A program made the translations under genes and the position numbers. A stretch of DNA of 64,000 bases from Vicugna vicugna (Eukaryota): the NCBI GenBank assembly GCA_013265495.1, contig MU058337.1:7112716-7176715 (forward strand). The letters run 5' to 3'. Of this stretch, positions 1 through 12,952 are shown in pieces. Position 1 is the first letter of the stretch. Each line of letters begins with the position of its first letter. Under the pieces are notes generated by a model that was not told the DNA's origin, did no database searches, and saw only the letters and a program-made list of their open reading frames with translations.

Positions 1-823
1 TTTCTGCCAGAGGACTTTTGGGGAAAGCTGACAGGAATAGGTGTAGAACAAGAGCTTAAAAAGAAAAAAACAAAGCACTGCCCTTTTAATCTGCATTACT
101 AGATGTGTTTAAATGCCTGAGATGCTCTCCCCACGTGATTCTAAAGGCGCTACCTAAAAAGGCACAGTTCTTCCGGCTGGAGGCCGCAGATGAGTTTTTG
201 TTGGTAGCAGTCCATCTCCCCTGACGGATCTGAGAGCGGACTCTCTCCGAGCTGCTTTTGATTAAAGAGAAACATTCCATTCCTGTTTGCATTTTGTTTC
301 ACGAATTGGAGCCGATGCAGATGGAAGGACTCTAAGTTCCCTATAGTGTCAAAATTCCATGCAGCTTGTGTGTTTTTGAGATTCCCCCCTCATTATCCCA
401 TACAGTCAGAAGGAAATAGCGCACTTGGGAAATTGAAGAAAGTCTAAGATAGGGGCTACTTTGAGAAGTTTGGTCAGGGTTTAGGAAAACCAGTGAGGAA
501 TACTGCAGAACCCTTGAGGTTGGTAACAGCTGGGTTGCCACCCCTCAGCCTGTGGGCTGAGGGAGGAGAGAGAGAGAAACTATACAGAGTGCCCACCTGC
601 CTGGGCCTGTGGGCTTTGGACAGGGGGCCTCAATTCGGGCACCTGGGCAGGGAGGAGGCAGTGAGCAGCCCCCCACCTTCACTCTCCTCCCGCCCGCCAG
701 CCTCCTGCTTAGCCTCCACAGCTGAGCCTAGCATGCAGGTCGGTGGTCCTGGTGCCTCGGCCCCCACAGCACAGAGCGAGGGAGGATGGGGCAAGAGGGA
801 CTCTAGCGGGGAAATGGAAAACA

Positions 824-1352
824 CAGTCCATCCTCAGTATTTGCCCGGTTGCTAAAATGTCTCTGTAACCCCTAAGTCAGTACCCACTGAGGCACTTTTC
901 CTGTCCTTTGGGGACAGGATAGAGTGGCAAAAAATTGGAACCCAGACATTCCCAGCTAAGGCTGAACAGCAACACTCTGCTGTCTTGTTTCAGCTCCTGC
1001 TGTGAACAGGGGTCCTTCTCTGGCCCCCAAGTATGGTGCTGAGGTGCTGAGCACAGGAAGGTGGTGATGTGCCTCACAGAGGACATACTTGCTAGATAAG
1101 GTTCATTCAGGCAGGAGTTACAGTGCTCTGGGTCATGAATGCAATGTTAATGAATCAACAATATGTACTTAATCAGGTGTCCTTAAACACAGACACACAT
1201 AAAGCAAGGTTATATACTCATCAGTTGTCAAAAATTTTGTTACCAGAGGTTTTCTGGAACCTAAGCCTGTATTTCCCCTTGGAGGGGTGGCTCAGTATTC
1301 ACAAATTCAGTGTTTGCGTTGACCTGAGATCATAAAACAATGACGATCACTG
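824..1352 (+). mobile_element. MER82-like TcMar-Tigger DNA transposon fossil
   Basis: CAGT...ACTG ends; internal blocks such as AATGTTAATGAATCAACAATAT and GAACCTAAGCCTGTATTTCCCC resemble the recalled MER82 consensus. Confidence 0.75.
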
Positions 1353-2045
1353 TATGTGGCCCACTTACCTATTGTCTCCTAGAAAAACAACTGTCACGGT
1401 TCATACAGTGAATATGTGAAATTGACCAGACAAGTCTGACTTACATTAGCCAAGCTGTGTCTATTCAGAAACTGCTGCCAGTAACAAACCTAAAATGTTT
1501 ATACCTACAGAACATGCTAAGAAAGAGTTTTCAACAGAACACATTCTAGGATTTGTCTGTTTACATCTTATCCAAGCTTGGTGATTGTCAGTAACCCCGT
1601 AGTCGTCAAGCATCCACTTTTCCTTGACCGAGCATGCTCTCAGGACCATAAAAGTTATGTAACATATCTTTCCTTTTATGTTTCTCCGAAACGATATTAG
1701 TAGGGAGCGTGGCCATGGAACTTATCTAATTGCTCTGTCCTTGGCTCAAACCAGACACGTGGCCCTGCTTCACGTTGCAGATATTTCCTAAGCTCCCCTG
1801 TGCTGGAGAGACAAGGATGGTCCCTGCCCCAGCACATGACGCTGCTTTGATGCTTTCTTCCCATTGAGGAAAGATACCTAAACCACGGTCCCTTAGGATC
1901 TGAATTGGAAGTTGTCTGAGTTCTTTGTTGACTTGGAAATATTTATGTTTACATGCGTTGATTCATTCCATAAACTCGCTATGGGCCATGTGTCTGCTCA
2001 GGGATATGTGATTGAGGTGCCCACGTCAGAATTTCTGGGCCAGGG

Positions 2046-2243
2046 CAGTGGTCTGCAAGCTTGAGTGTGCTTAGAATTACTTAGGTTCCTGTTACAAATA
2101 TGGATTTCCGTTCTCACTACCCCTCCCCGACCCATCCACAGGTTCAGCCGTGTGGGTGTGGTGCCTGGGAATCTGTATGTTAACAAGCATCCCCAGTGAT
2201 TATGCTGCTACAAAGGATCCTCGGCTGTATCTTGAGAAACAAT
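2046..2243. mobile_element. MER5-family hAT-Charlie MITE
   Basis: CAGTGGT...TTGAGAAAC ends and GGAATCTGTATGTTAACAAGCATCCCCAGTGAT core. Confidence 0.65.
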
Positions 2244-3971
2244 ATAGTGGAAATGTGAATTATGCCATGATGTGCATTGTTGCTTGAGCCCACTCACATC
2301 GTGACAGTTATTCCCAAATGATAGGTAACAGACAGCCTGCTTCTTGAGAAAGTTAGATTAAATCAAACCCATCCTAAGATGGAGCAAATGTCATTTAAAT
2401 GTTAGAATACCCTGCACATACACAGGCTCATACAGGCATTCTTGTACACATCCATGCACACACATGTGTGCACACGTACACACATATATGCGCCCACGCA
2501 CAGTATTAGTGAGCCATCTCCACACACATGTGCTTGGTGCCCTCTGTTGCATTTTGCGACGCTGTGGCACACTTAAAAATGACTGGCTGACAGCATTTTA
2601 AACAGCTTCCTGAATGGCTTATGAGCTTAGTGTACTGAGATCTTTTTAACACTAGTCTGACATCATAAAATTTGTACTACTTTCCAGATGCATAAAGTTC
2701 TTTGAGCTTTTTTTCCCCCTGACCAGTGATTACTTGTACATTTCTTCTCATGTATTGACAATTTAGAAACAATAACTTGGCATTTAGATTTTAAACAAGG
2801 TGGTGAAACTATCAGACTTTCTGTATGACTGCCTTTCAGGGTCACCACTATCTGACCATTGTCAGTATTAGTTCTGGTTTTCAGGTGATTGCTGAGAATT
2901 CGAAGTAAATTAATACATGAAATTTCTGTTGAGAATATTATTCATATATGCCCTGATGTTTAGTTACTATGAGGTCTTCATTTTTATGACTCTTTATAAT
3001 TTTGTGTTGACATAAGTTCTCTCAGCCTTAACTATCTGTGATTGCTGGTTATTTCTATTCAGAGAATTATTACTTGATGCACCAGCTGTAAGCGTCTAGG
3101 TATAGAGTTGATATTAGCTTGAATAATTTACTTTACCAAATTAAGCTTTAATGCTCAGTAGTGCATACTCTAACTTTATGAGAGGAAGACTTAACTATTT
3201 AAAAATAAAAGCCATTTTTAGTTTGTGATTGGGTAAATTCTGTATATACTTTACGTTTTATAGCACTTTTACTGCCATTTTTTATAATAATAAGTGATAT
3301 TCAGACTGATAAACTGCAGATCCAGAATGCCTCCGGAATCATAAGAGAAGGTGAAGTACTGCCCAGTAGCGTATGTAGGTTGATGATGTGTTACTTCCTA
3401 TTTCTTATGTATCATCCAGTGTGATCGTTATTTCATAATTATTTACTAAGCTCTATTCACTTTATCAAACCTTCCTAATTGTCCAACCACTCTGGGGAGT
3501 TTCCCTGGTTGAAGTCCCTCTTTTTGTTCCAAATATGGCAGATTTTTCCCTAATGAACTCAGTTGTCCATAGTATTGAAATGCTACTTGAATTCAGGTTT
3601 CACTGTTATTAAACTTTCCATGTGTTTATAGTTTGATAAATGAGAGTAAAAACAGTATTCAAATCTTAATCTCCCAGTTAGGTTTGGTCCAGGAGATTAC
3701 CCATAAAGTCTATTTGACATATATTTGTTAAGTGATGAAATCTAGGACATTTAATACATACATGAAAAGCTGCTATACACAGAGGCCTTATGAGGGTAGA
3801 CAGGTCATTTTAAAATCAAGTAACATCTTCCTTGTGTAATACTCCCTTTTTGTGGTAGTTGATGTATGTCTGTGTCCATTTTCATGCCTCTATAAAATTA
3901 TCTACATTCAATTGCTAATTTATTTTTGACATGGAAAACTGAATGTGGCTATGTACTATATGTATGTATGT

Positions 3972-4104
3972 ATTTTTTTTTTTTGCAGGGGGGAGGTAAT
4001 TAGGTTTTTTATTTATTTTTTTCTTTCAGTGGAGGTACGAGGGACTGAACCCAGGACCTCGTGCATGCCAAGCATGTGCTCTACCACTGAGCTATACCCT
4101 CCCC
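3972..4104 (-). mobile_element. tRNA-Ala-derived camelid SINE (vic-1 type)
   Basis: Reverse complement reads GGGGAGGGTATAGCTCAGTGGTAGAGCACATGCTTGGCATGCACGAGGTCCTGGGTTCAGTCCC (A and B boxes), then A-rich linker and tail. Confidence 0.85.
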
Positions 4105-4908
4105 TAATCTACGTATTTAATCTCTCCCCAGCCTCATCTCTTGCCCGTGTCTCACTCAGATTTTGTACTCCAACCCCTCAGACTACTTACAGATTTCTCA
4201 CGCACCATGCTGCCATTACTCCTGTGTCTTTGCCCATGCTGTCCCCTTTCTCTGGAATGTCTTCCTTCCCTTCCTTCCTACTCCCGCCTTTCAGCTTCAC
4301 CTCACTAACTCCTAACTATCTCGAGGACTCAGTTTTCACTTTCTGCAGTTTTCCGTGCCCTGCTGTATCTCTGCCACTGGATGGATGCTGCTCCTGTCAG
4401 CCTCCCTGGTCCTCTGGCATCTCTTTATCAGCATGCTCACCACTGTCTTTTATAATCTCTTCGTGGGTCTGGCCCACACTAGCCTCAGCTCTGTGAGAGC
4501 AGGAAGTGCTCTCCACTGGATTGTTGGCCTCTGCAGTGTTCACCCAGAGACACACTGACTATTAAGTCAGTAAATCCCTCCTGCTCTCAGTTCAGGGCAT
4601 TTACCCTTGTGCCTTGTAGTTTGGCATGTATTTGAAGTCACTGTGGTTTTCTGTGTCCTCAGCATCTTAACATGTATGTCACATCTCCAGCTGGTGGTCA
4701 TATGTCTCTAGGTACTTCAGCTCTAGCTGCTTCAAAGGATAATAACCTCTGTGTGTCTTTGAGGGCCTCCTGCTCAAAGCTACTTTCATGTATACCACAT
4801 AACCTGATAAACTACCCCAAACCTCCGCTGCACATTTAGTAAAAATCTATAGAGCCATTTTTACAAATTACAGATAACTAACATTTATTTATATAGATTT
4901 ATTTTATA

Positions 4909-4987
4909 AACCCAGTGTCAAACACAGTGCCATGCACATAGTAAATTCTTGGCAAAATGTGTGAGTGAATGAATGAATGAATGAAAG
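4909..4987 (+). mobile_element. L2 3' end with (GAAT)n tail
   Basis: CACAGTGCCATGCACATAGTAAATTC...GAATGAATGAATG. Confidence 0.6.
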
Positions 4988-6561
4988 AATCAAGTTAAAT
5001 GATGTGGTAGTAACTGTGCCTAATTAGAACTTTTCTAACTCTTTGAGAAGAATTTTCAGTTTTCTCTGAGATCACATTAAAGTTACTCTGGATTCCCACT
5101 GTGCTGTAACTGCTGTGGCATAGAATTAAGAATCTCTAGGTCTCTTTGATCCCATCCAAAATAAAGAGAGTGTCATCATTGTGTATCTATATCCACAGTG
5201 TGGACAATACTATACTTTGAATAAAGCCCGGTAGTGAGAACAGAAGGGGCCAAATGAGTAGTCTGTAAGGTAAGCCTAAGAGCAGCATTAAGATGGATAA
5301 ATTTCCATGCCTTTGACTATTTCATTATCAAGAGAATGCCTTGGTTGTACAACATTCTCATCCCTGATAAGAAATTGGGTCTCCTCAGAATTCGTCCACC
5401 TCTGCTGTAGTTCCACAGCACCACTGAGAATTAAGAGGCTCAGTAAATATCCAATGGCAGTGTCTGTGATCTAAGATACACAAGAAATGCAAGGCTTTGA
5501 TAAAGGGCTCTTAACTAATTTCCCTACAGTGAAGGATAACTATTAGTAATATTGTTCCAAAACTAAGAAAAATGCAGACTGATTCATTCATCCAAGAAAT
5601 TCTTCACTACCAAATATATATGTGGCACAGTGGGGTATTACATAGCCCAGTAGAAATAAATTATCATTTAAAAAAATACAAAGTAAAAAGTGATGATTTA
5701 AGTAAAAGGTTTGTTTAACTGGCCTATGAATTACATACAACATTTAGTTTTCAGAGCATTTTGATGAGTAAAATTTTGTTTGATCCTCACAACTACAAAA
5801 TTAGGTTACGTCTTATTACATTTCCCAGTTTTACAAATATGATAAAGTAAGTATATTGAGACTGACATTTCACAAGTTTTGTTTTTATGCTTTTCTTTTA
5901 TGTAGCTTTTTATAATCAGAGGAGCATGAGAACATCATAAAAGTTTGTTATTAACCTGGATAGATTCTCCAGTGGAAAAGATTTGAGACAAAACTAAGAA
6001 AAGTGAGAGGGGCTTGCATCTTTGTAATACAAATACGTAAGGAAAAGATATGGTGTTAGAACAGTTACTGATTTTTTTCTTTGTCTATAGCTGTAATGAT
6101 TGTTACTGTGTATATCTGGCTTTAGTCTTTGCACTTAATGAGACCTGCGAAAAAAGTATGAGACAACTGGTATACCTCTTTATAAGCATGGTCCAGATTT
6201 CAGTCACACAGATGATGGTTTTATGATTTGTGTGTTGTAAATATGACATAGCAATTAAATATCTTGCTTTAAAGTGGTTTGCTTAAGCCGGTTAGGTAGT
6301 ATTTTCTGGTCAGTTGATTCACAACAGCTTTGAAAATGTTTATTTTCTTTGGTCCTATAAACTGTAGATATTAATGCTGTAATGGGACATTAGGCTGGTA
6401 ATGAAAATACACAGGTCCTACCCTTCATTTACAGTATTAAAGAGGATAGAAACATGTTAAAAGGCAACTATAAAAGCCTTAAGTTACGCCTTCTGCGAGG
6501 AATGCCATGTCAGGTTCCCTGTAATACTCTGTCCGGGCCGGGGGCCTTCTTCTTTGATCAG

Positions 6562-6684
6562 GACGTGCTCATGGAACTCCTGGAACAGTGTGCAGACGGA
6601 CTCTGGAAGGCCGAGCGCTACGAGCTGATCGCCGACATCTATAAGCTCATCATCCCCATCTACGAGAAGCGGAGGGATTTTGAG
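6562..6684 (+). CDS. DOCK9: DOCK9 coding exon (DVLMELLEQ...RRDFE), DHR2 region
   Basis: tcAG|GAC acceptor, GAG|GTatct donor; 123 nt, phase 0-0; translation matches recalled DOCK9 DHR2 sequence. Confidence 0.97.
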
Positions 6685-7383
6685 GTATCTTAGTGGTTTG
6701 TTTCTTCCTCTTTGAGGTGTCCGTGGAGTGACACACATCCCCAAACATCCTTACGTGCAGAGAGTGTAAGCGGGCCACTCAATGAGGAAGGGGTCTCTGA
6801 CCCTCCACATAGCACTGGAGGTCACCACCCTCAGAGCCATCAGGTGTCTGCACACACAGGCCCCCCTCTACACAGACCCCAAATCTCAAACTACAAGGGT
6901 GGGGAATTCTGGCACTGCACTTTTGAAAGGTTGCCAGGAACTGAGTTGTATAATCACCACATGCCTCTTCCCTCAGAACTCTTCCTTATTCTGCCTGCCT
7001 GGAAAAGCAGTGTCCCTTCCATCCTTTCTGGCTTGGGGAGACTGTCCAGTTCCTCTTAGCATGTGCTACGGAATGGAGTGGGAAAAGCAAAGACGAAAAA
7101 CGTCACCAGAGGACTTTACCACCTCTGGCATTTCATGTTAACTTGAAAACAGAATTTGCTTACTGCACGGTGAAAATCTGATGGGTCCTCCATATGCAGG
7201 ATGGCCCCTTGGATAGGAAATGTTCCAGCTGAAAATGATCACTACCAGTTGTGTAGTCAAAATGCATTTTTTTTTAACTCAAATCCAAGAAATTTTTACC
7301 TGTATGATCTCATTTCATTGTTATTTTAAAATTCATTCACCTCGTTACAAGTGGGGAGAAATGGGTTTTGTTGTGCTTTGCAG

Positions 7384-7497
7384 AGGCTGGCCCATCTGTA
7401 CGACACACTGCACCGAGCCTACAGCAAAGTGACCGAGGTCATGCACACCGGCCGCCGGCTCCTGGGGACGTACTTCCGAGTGGCCTTCTTTGGACAG
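7384..7497 (+). CDS. DOCK9: DOCK9 coding exon ([10 protein letters not shown]...FRVAFFGQ)
   Basis: tttgcAG|AGG acceptor, CAG|GTgagc donor; 114 nt, in frame with previous exon. Confidence 0.97.
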
Positions 7498-7704
7498 GTG
7501 AGCCTCCTCTGTGTTCTCTAGGCTGACCCAAGTCCTCCTTATTCTCATTTAAACTCTATAAAGTTGTATTTTGTAAATTTCCTGTTTCTATAAATGCTAA
7601 TTTGATGAATTTGTCATATTTAGTGTGATGCTTATCTTCCTCAGTAGTAAACTTTTTGCTTTTTTTTTTCTTTCTTCCTGTCTTTTCTTTATTACTTTCT
7701 TAAG

Positions 7705-7710
7705 GCAGCG
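7705..7710 (+). CDS. DOCK9: DOCK9 6-nt microexon GCAGCG (Ala-Ala)
   Basis: ~50-nt polypyrimidine tract, taAG acceptor, consensus G|GTAAGT donor; supplies the AA of recalled FFGQ-AA-QYQFTDSETDVE-GFFED. Confidence 0.88.
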
Positions 7711-8162
7711 GTAAGTTCTCCCTCTTAGCAGCATCTTTGGTGCATCTTTGGTACTTCAGTGTGGTTTGCAAGTTTCCTTTTCAAGTCTGTATGTATATCT
7801 GTCCAGTCATTACAAACTCCAAAAAAAATTAACATTTTATTCCATTTACAGAAATAAATCACCTGTTCCCTTACACATCTATACTGCATGTTTTAAACCA
7901 AAATTAAGACTTTCTGGTTTCCTTTGTCCTTGTGTATCTCTTTCTTTTATAATATAATATCTCTGCAAGTAGATTTACCTTTGTAATATTTCAGAAATCC
8001 AGTAGGAAAGGGTTCATTTAAATTTAACTGAAAGTTTAACCTCCAAGTCTCTAACATGATTAAATAGTGTAAATTATAATTCATTTACTTAGGGTATGTG
8101 GTTTTCTATGAGCATTATATAACCTTCAATTTATTCTGTTATTGTCTCTTACAACTTTATAG

Positions 8163-8198
8163 CAATACCAGTTTACAGACAGTGAAACAGATGTGGAG
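8163..8198 (+). CDS. DOCK9: DOCK9 36-nt cassette exon (QYQFTDSETDVE)
   Basis: tttatAG|CAA acceptor, GAG|GTaatt donor; phase 0-0; matches recalled DOCK9 insert. Confidence 0.92.
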
Positions 8199-9092
8199 GT
8201 AATTACAGTAAATGCTTAAAAAGCAATAATGTAGTGAAATTACTGCATCTAAACTCCTAGTTTGATGTGGGTGTTTTTTGTTTCATGTTAGCCTGCATTT
8301 TTTTTTAATACAATGTGATTTTTGTTGTTGTTGTTGTTTTGTTTTTTGGCACCATTTTCTCTTTTATTTTCGGTGCGAAACAAACTTTAAAAAAAATGTA
8401 TTTTAAATATTAACTCCAACCTGGGCTTTTTAATTTTCAACCTTTTTCACTTCCCATGCAATGCTAAGCCTTGCTGTATTCAGATGTAATTGGTATTGAA
8501 ACAGATGACAACTGGTGATAATGAAAATTTTTTCTAGTATTATCCTACAACATTTTAAAATATTTTTCTCAAAAAAAAAGAAATAAAATATCTTTCTCAT
8601 CAGTAAAGCAAAATAGAATTTATACCAACTTCACATAACTTTTGCCAAACCTACTCCAGACCAGATTGCTTCCATTTATGCCATAAAATCCATGTAAACA
8701 GGAGAGGTCAGGGAGGGATGTGTGTGTGTTTGAGGCCAACAGCAGGCTGCTGAGTCATGTGTTAGTGAGTTCTGCTCCTTGGGAATGTGAAACAGGCTTG
8801 AATCCCATCCTTAGACGTCACTGAGAGAACACAGTCTTGAATCTCCAATCTCTCCTTTCCCTCCACACTTAGTGACAGCATTCTTGAATGAGTTTGCAGT
8901 TTCGTGTCTTTCCTTTATCTTTGCACCCAGACTTCACATTATTATCATTTTCCTTCCTATTCAGAAAGCCTGATTTTATTTTATATTCATCCCCCCCCTT
9001 TTTTTTTAATCCTGGTAACAAAAGAACCCTTCCTGGGTGGTAAGCCTTGGGCTTATATTTGGGGATAGCTCTAAATGTGCTGTATGTCACAG

Positions 9093-9239
9093 GGATTCTT
9101 TGAAGATGAAGACGGAAAGGAGTATATTTACAAGGAACCCAAACTCACACCTCTGTCAGAAATTTCTCAGAGACTCCTTAAACTGTACTCAGATAAATTT
9201 GGTTCTGAAAACGTCAAAATGATACAGGATTCTGGCAAG
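9093..9239 (+). CDS. DOCK9: DOCK9 coding exon ([16 protein letters not shown]...QDSGK)
   Basis: cacAG|GGA acceptor, AAG|GTatga donor; 147 nt. Confidence 0.97.
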
Positions 9240-9789
9240 GTATGACCATGCTTGGAAACATTTCATAGCAATATAATATTGTTTTGATTATGTATGATTG
9301 ATGATCATATATTATATATTTATAAATGTGTATCAAAAAAAGGAGACCCGGAAAAAGTTCAGAATGGTTGGCCTTGAGTGGCAAATGTATTTTTTTCCCT
9401 TCTTAATACCTTTCTGTGCTTTCCAGAATGCTTTCATTAAGCAAACTTTTATTTCATAATTTTAAAAAGATATTCTTTTACAAAATAATTAAAGTCTGAA
9501 AGAATATGCTGTTTTTAGTCCAGCTATTTAGAAACTCTGTAAGAATAGGGTCCAAAGTTCTGTTTGCACTTGTGCCTGGCATATTACCTGACACTTTCTG
9601 ACTGGTTGTTTGATGTATGGACAAATGAATAGACAGGCAGACAGAGCAAGGAATGACCTAACTGGTCAGCACGTTTGTAGAACGAACTACAAACGACTTC
9701 CTACGAACTACATCTACTTTCTGCTTAAAGTGGCTGTCCTCTGCTATACTGCTCTCTTGAAGATCTATTTCTGAACTACAGTTTCAGAA

Positions 9790-10330
9790 ATAATCAGACA
9801 AATTCAGATGGGAAGTCATTCCAGAGGAAAACCAGCATATCTTCAAAAAATTCAATGTCATAAAAAAAAATAGTGGGGAATTCTTCTAGATTAAACAAGA
9901 CTAAAGAGACATAACAACTAAACGTAAAATGAAATCATTGATTAGATTCTGGTTCAAATGCAAATAGTTGTAAATAACATTCTGGGGACATTTGAGAAAG
10001 GTAATCTAAACTGGGTATATTGGGTGCTTTAGGAAATTAGTGTTGATTTTGTTAGATATGATGATGAATTTTAGTTCTGGAGGAGAATGTCCTCATGTTT
10101 GGGAGGTGCTGGCTGAAGTGTCATGATGTGAATCACTTACTTTGAAATGCTTCAGCTAAAAAAAAGTCTACATGTCCGTGTGTGTATGTGTGTGTGTGTG
10201 TACAGACACAAACAAACAAATACAGCAAAGTAGTGGTGACTGTTCTCAGTGGTAGGTATGTGAGTGTTCGTTGTACTTTCTTTTTCCAGTTTTCTTGAAA
10301 TTTTCTAAAACTTTTACCAATATAAAGTGG
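9790..10330 (+). mobile_element. Old L1 (L1MC/ME-type) 3'UTR fragment
   Basis: TTCTAGATTAAACAAGACTAAAGAGACATAACAACTAAA and related blocks; contains a (TG)n near 10178-10201. Confidence 0.65.
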
Positions 10331-10401
10331 AAAAACACAGTGTAGCTTTGGAGGAGGCTTTCAAATAGCACCCCTCTTCTGTTTCCTTTATTCATTTAAA
10401 G

Positions 10402-10612
10402 GTCAACCCCAAGGATCTGGATTCCAAGTATGCGTATATCCAGGTGACTCACGTGGTCCCATTCTTCGATGAAAAAGAATTGCAAGAGAGGAAAACGGAG
10501 TTTGAAAGGTCTCACAACATACGCCGCTTCATGTTTGAGATGCCCTTCACCCAGACCGGGAAAAGGCAGGGTGGGGTCGAGGAGCAATGCAAACGGCGCA
10601 CCATCCTGACAG
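10402..10612 (+). CDS. DOCK9: DOCK9 coding exon ([10 protein letters not shown]...KRRTILT)
   Basis: taaAG|GTC acceptor, ACAG|GTacgt donor; 211 nt, phase 0-1. Confidence 0.97.
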
Positions 10613-11919
10613 GTACGTCTCCCAGCCATCAGCTGCGACACCAGGGTAAAGAGCTCTCCAGAGAGTTCCAGAAGCTTCTAGAATTGGAAGGGCCCTTCCA
10701 GCTCAATTAACTTTCCCTGCATACCCATTTCAGTTTAACATGCATCTAATGCTTTTGAAGACTCATGACATTTTTCGATTTATCTGTTTGTGTTTTTGTC
10801 TGCCACAGTCCGGGAGGTCATATCACTTACCCTTTTTAGAATCTGATGAGAATAGTGTGTCCTTATCTCCTCCACACAGTTTCAGGCGACTTACAGACTC
10901 TTTCTGAAACCCATGTGGATCCCTCTCTAGGCCTGTGGCCCTCAGGTCAGGAACCCCTGCACACCATCCAGCATCTGCCTCATGGGAAGGGACCCTTTTA
11001 CACATCTCTGTCGCATAGGCGCCAGCATGAGTCTGCTCAAGGATTTTTGGTGGAGTGAATAAACGAGACACGAGGCTGGGTCCCTCCCACCTCGTCTCTG
11101 AGAGTTGCGGGCCAGCCTCAGCTTGAGCGCCTCTGGTCCCAGGAAGCTCAGTGCATTCAGAGGCTGCACATTCAGCTGTGGCAGAGTTTTAATTGATCCT
11201 TTGCCACTGTTTAGCCATTGATAACCCATCCCGGAACTCTGTTTGGCATCGTCTCCCAGTTCCTGACAAGTGTAGTCATCTTGGGAGTGATTTTTGTGGG
11301 GAGCTTGACCCCATCGCTCTTAGGTTAGGGTCAGCTTTCTTGACATAAAGATCAGTGGTGAGGCTGTTAAGAATTCCCGGTGTGTCCATATCTACTATTT
11401 AGGCACATTTTTCAAAGAGCTGCCAGAGTTAAGTTGAACCAGGAAAGTGCCCATTGCTTGTCCAGGAGTCAGTGTTGTCATGTGTTCCGCCTGGGTGATA
11501 ATGGGGAACATTATAATAATTAGTGAAAGGGGCTGTGAGGATGGAGCATTTCAGGTGAGGCTCCACTCTCACCATTGAATTCTACACTTTTTTTTTATTT
11601 GCCCGTATGAAATTTATTGATAGACAGTATGCAGGGTGGTGCCAAGCTGTTTCTTGTCCACGCACATATACATGTGCCTAACCAGAGGCTTTGTGGGTTG
11701 CCCTACCTTTGCCCATTTCTCAAATGTTGGCATTCTTCAGCTTGCATCACACTCTGCTCTCTTCCTGGGTAGCTTTAAATCTGTTCCTGGAGTTTCAACT
11801 GCCACTTCGTCAGAGCCTTCTGAGCTTCAGGCCAGGACACCTCCCCCACGTGCCCCTTAGACACCACAAACTCAATACATGTCTTCAAATCCTCCTCTCT
11901 TCCTTGTTTTTCTTTCTTT

Positions 11920-12367
11920 CTTTTTTTTTTTAATTGAAGTATAGTCAATTTACAATGTTGTGTTCATTTCTGATATACAGCATAGTGATTTATTTATACA
12001 TATGTATATGTTCCTTTTCATATTCTTTTTCATTATCGGCCATTACAAGGCATTGAATATAGTACCCTGTGCTGTACAATAGGACCTTGTAGTTTATCTG
12101 GTTTTTTTTTAACATTTTTTTATTGAGTTATTGTCATTTTACAATGTTGTGACTTATCTGTTTTATATACAGTAGTGTGTAACTGCAAATCTCGAACCTC
12201 CAATTTATCCTCCTCACTCCTTTTCTCCCACCTAGCTGGTAACCATAAGTTTGTTTTCTGTTTATAAGTCTGTCTCTGTTTTGTAAATAAGTTCATTTGT
12301 GTCCCTTTTCTTTTAGATTTCACATATAAGTGATATCGTGGTGTTTTTCTTTCTCTTTCTGGCTTAC
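11920..12367 (-). mobile_element. Artiodactyl/camelid L1 3' end
   Basis: Poly-T then TTGAAGTATAGTCAATTTACAATGTTG...CCCTGTGCTGTACAATAGGACC...GGTAACCATAAGTTTG; similar to the + copy at 23450-24147. Confidence 0.85.
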
Positions 12368-12769
12368 CATTAAATGGATGGCGTGTGATTCATGACTCGG
12401 TTAAAGCTGTTAACCAAAGAAAGAACATGGTTCACTATAAAATAGGTCAGAACAGCATACTGTGGAGGATTTTTCACTCTTCCTATGAGGGAACTGAGAT
12501 AAAAGCTAAAATTAAAAAAAAAAACCTGAACTCTATTTTTTTAAAGAGGGAGTCTCCGCTCTTGCTTTTAGAATAATAAGGTAATATGTAAAGCACAAAT
12601 AATATTGTCCTGGAAAACATTAGCCCCTCCCCATATGTAAATGAATTATTTTTCTAATGGACACAGTAGCAAGTTTTTTTCAAGTGAAAAACTACACTTC
12701 TAGATGGAGTCACTTTATGAGAATTACCAGCTTACATGTTTATCTCCACAGCTGTGATGACCTCAGATT

Positions 12770-12952
12770 AGTGCTTACCAAAGGTTGTACCTGGTCTGCA
12801 GCTTCAGCATCCCCTGAGAGTTGTTAGAAATGGGGATTCTCTGGCTCCACCCAGACTTCCTGAGTCAGGAACTCTGGGGGTGGGGCCCAGCTGGTGGTGT
12901 TTAACCAAGTCTTCCAAGTGATTCTGGTGCCACTCAAGTTTGAGAACTGCTG
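12770..12952 (+). mobile_element. MER5A
   Basis: GCAGCTTCAGCATCCCCTGAGAGTTGTTAGAAATG...AAGTTTGAGAACTGCTG. Confidence 0.8.

Noticed and set aside
2830..3360. Several AG...GT units of 20-46 nt that could be poison or micro-exons (e.g. 3063-3087, 2885-2904)
   Set aside because: Not frame-preserving, weak splice sites, no match to recalled DOCK9 isoforms; cannot be told from chance without RNA-seq
3378..3430. TGATGA box-C-like motif suggesting an intronic C/D snoRNA
   Set aside because: No suitably placed CTGA box D or terminal stem found
4030..4104. tRNA-Ala-like sequence
   Set aside because: It is a SINE head followed by linker and A-tail, with further diverged copies; not a tRNA gene
3945..4496. 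183-aa ORF, the longest in the track
   Set aside because: Runs through an antisense SINE and pyrimidine-rich decayed repeat inside a DOCK9 intron; GTG start; no recognisable protein
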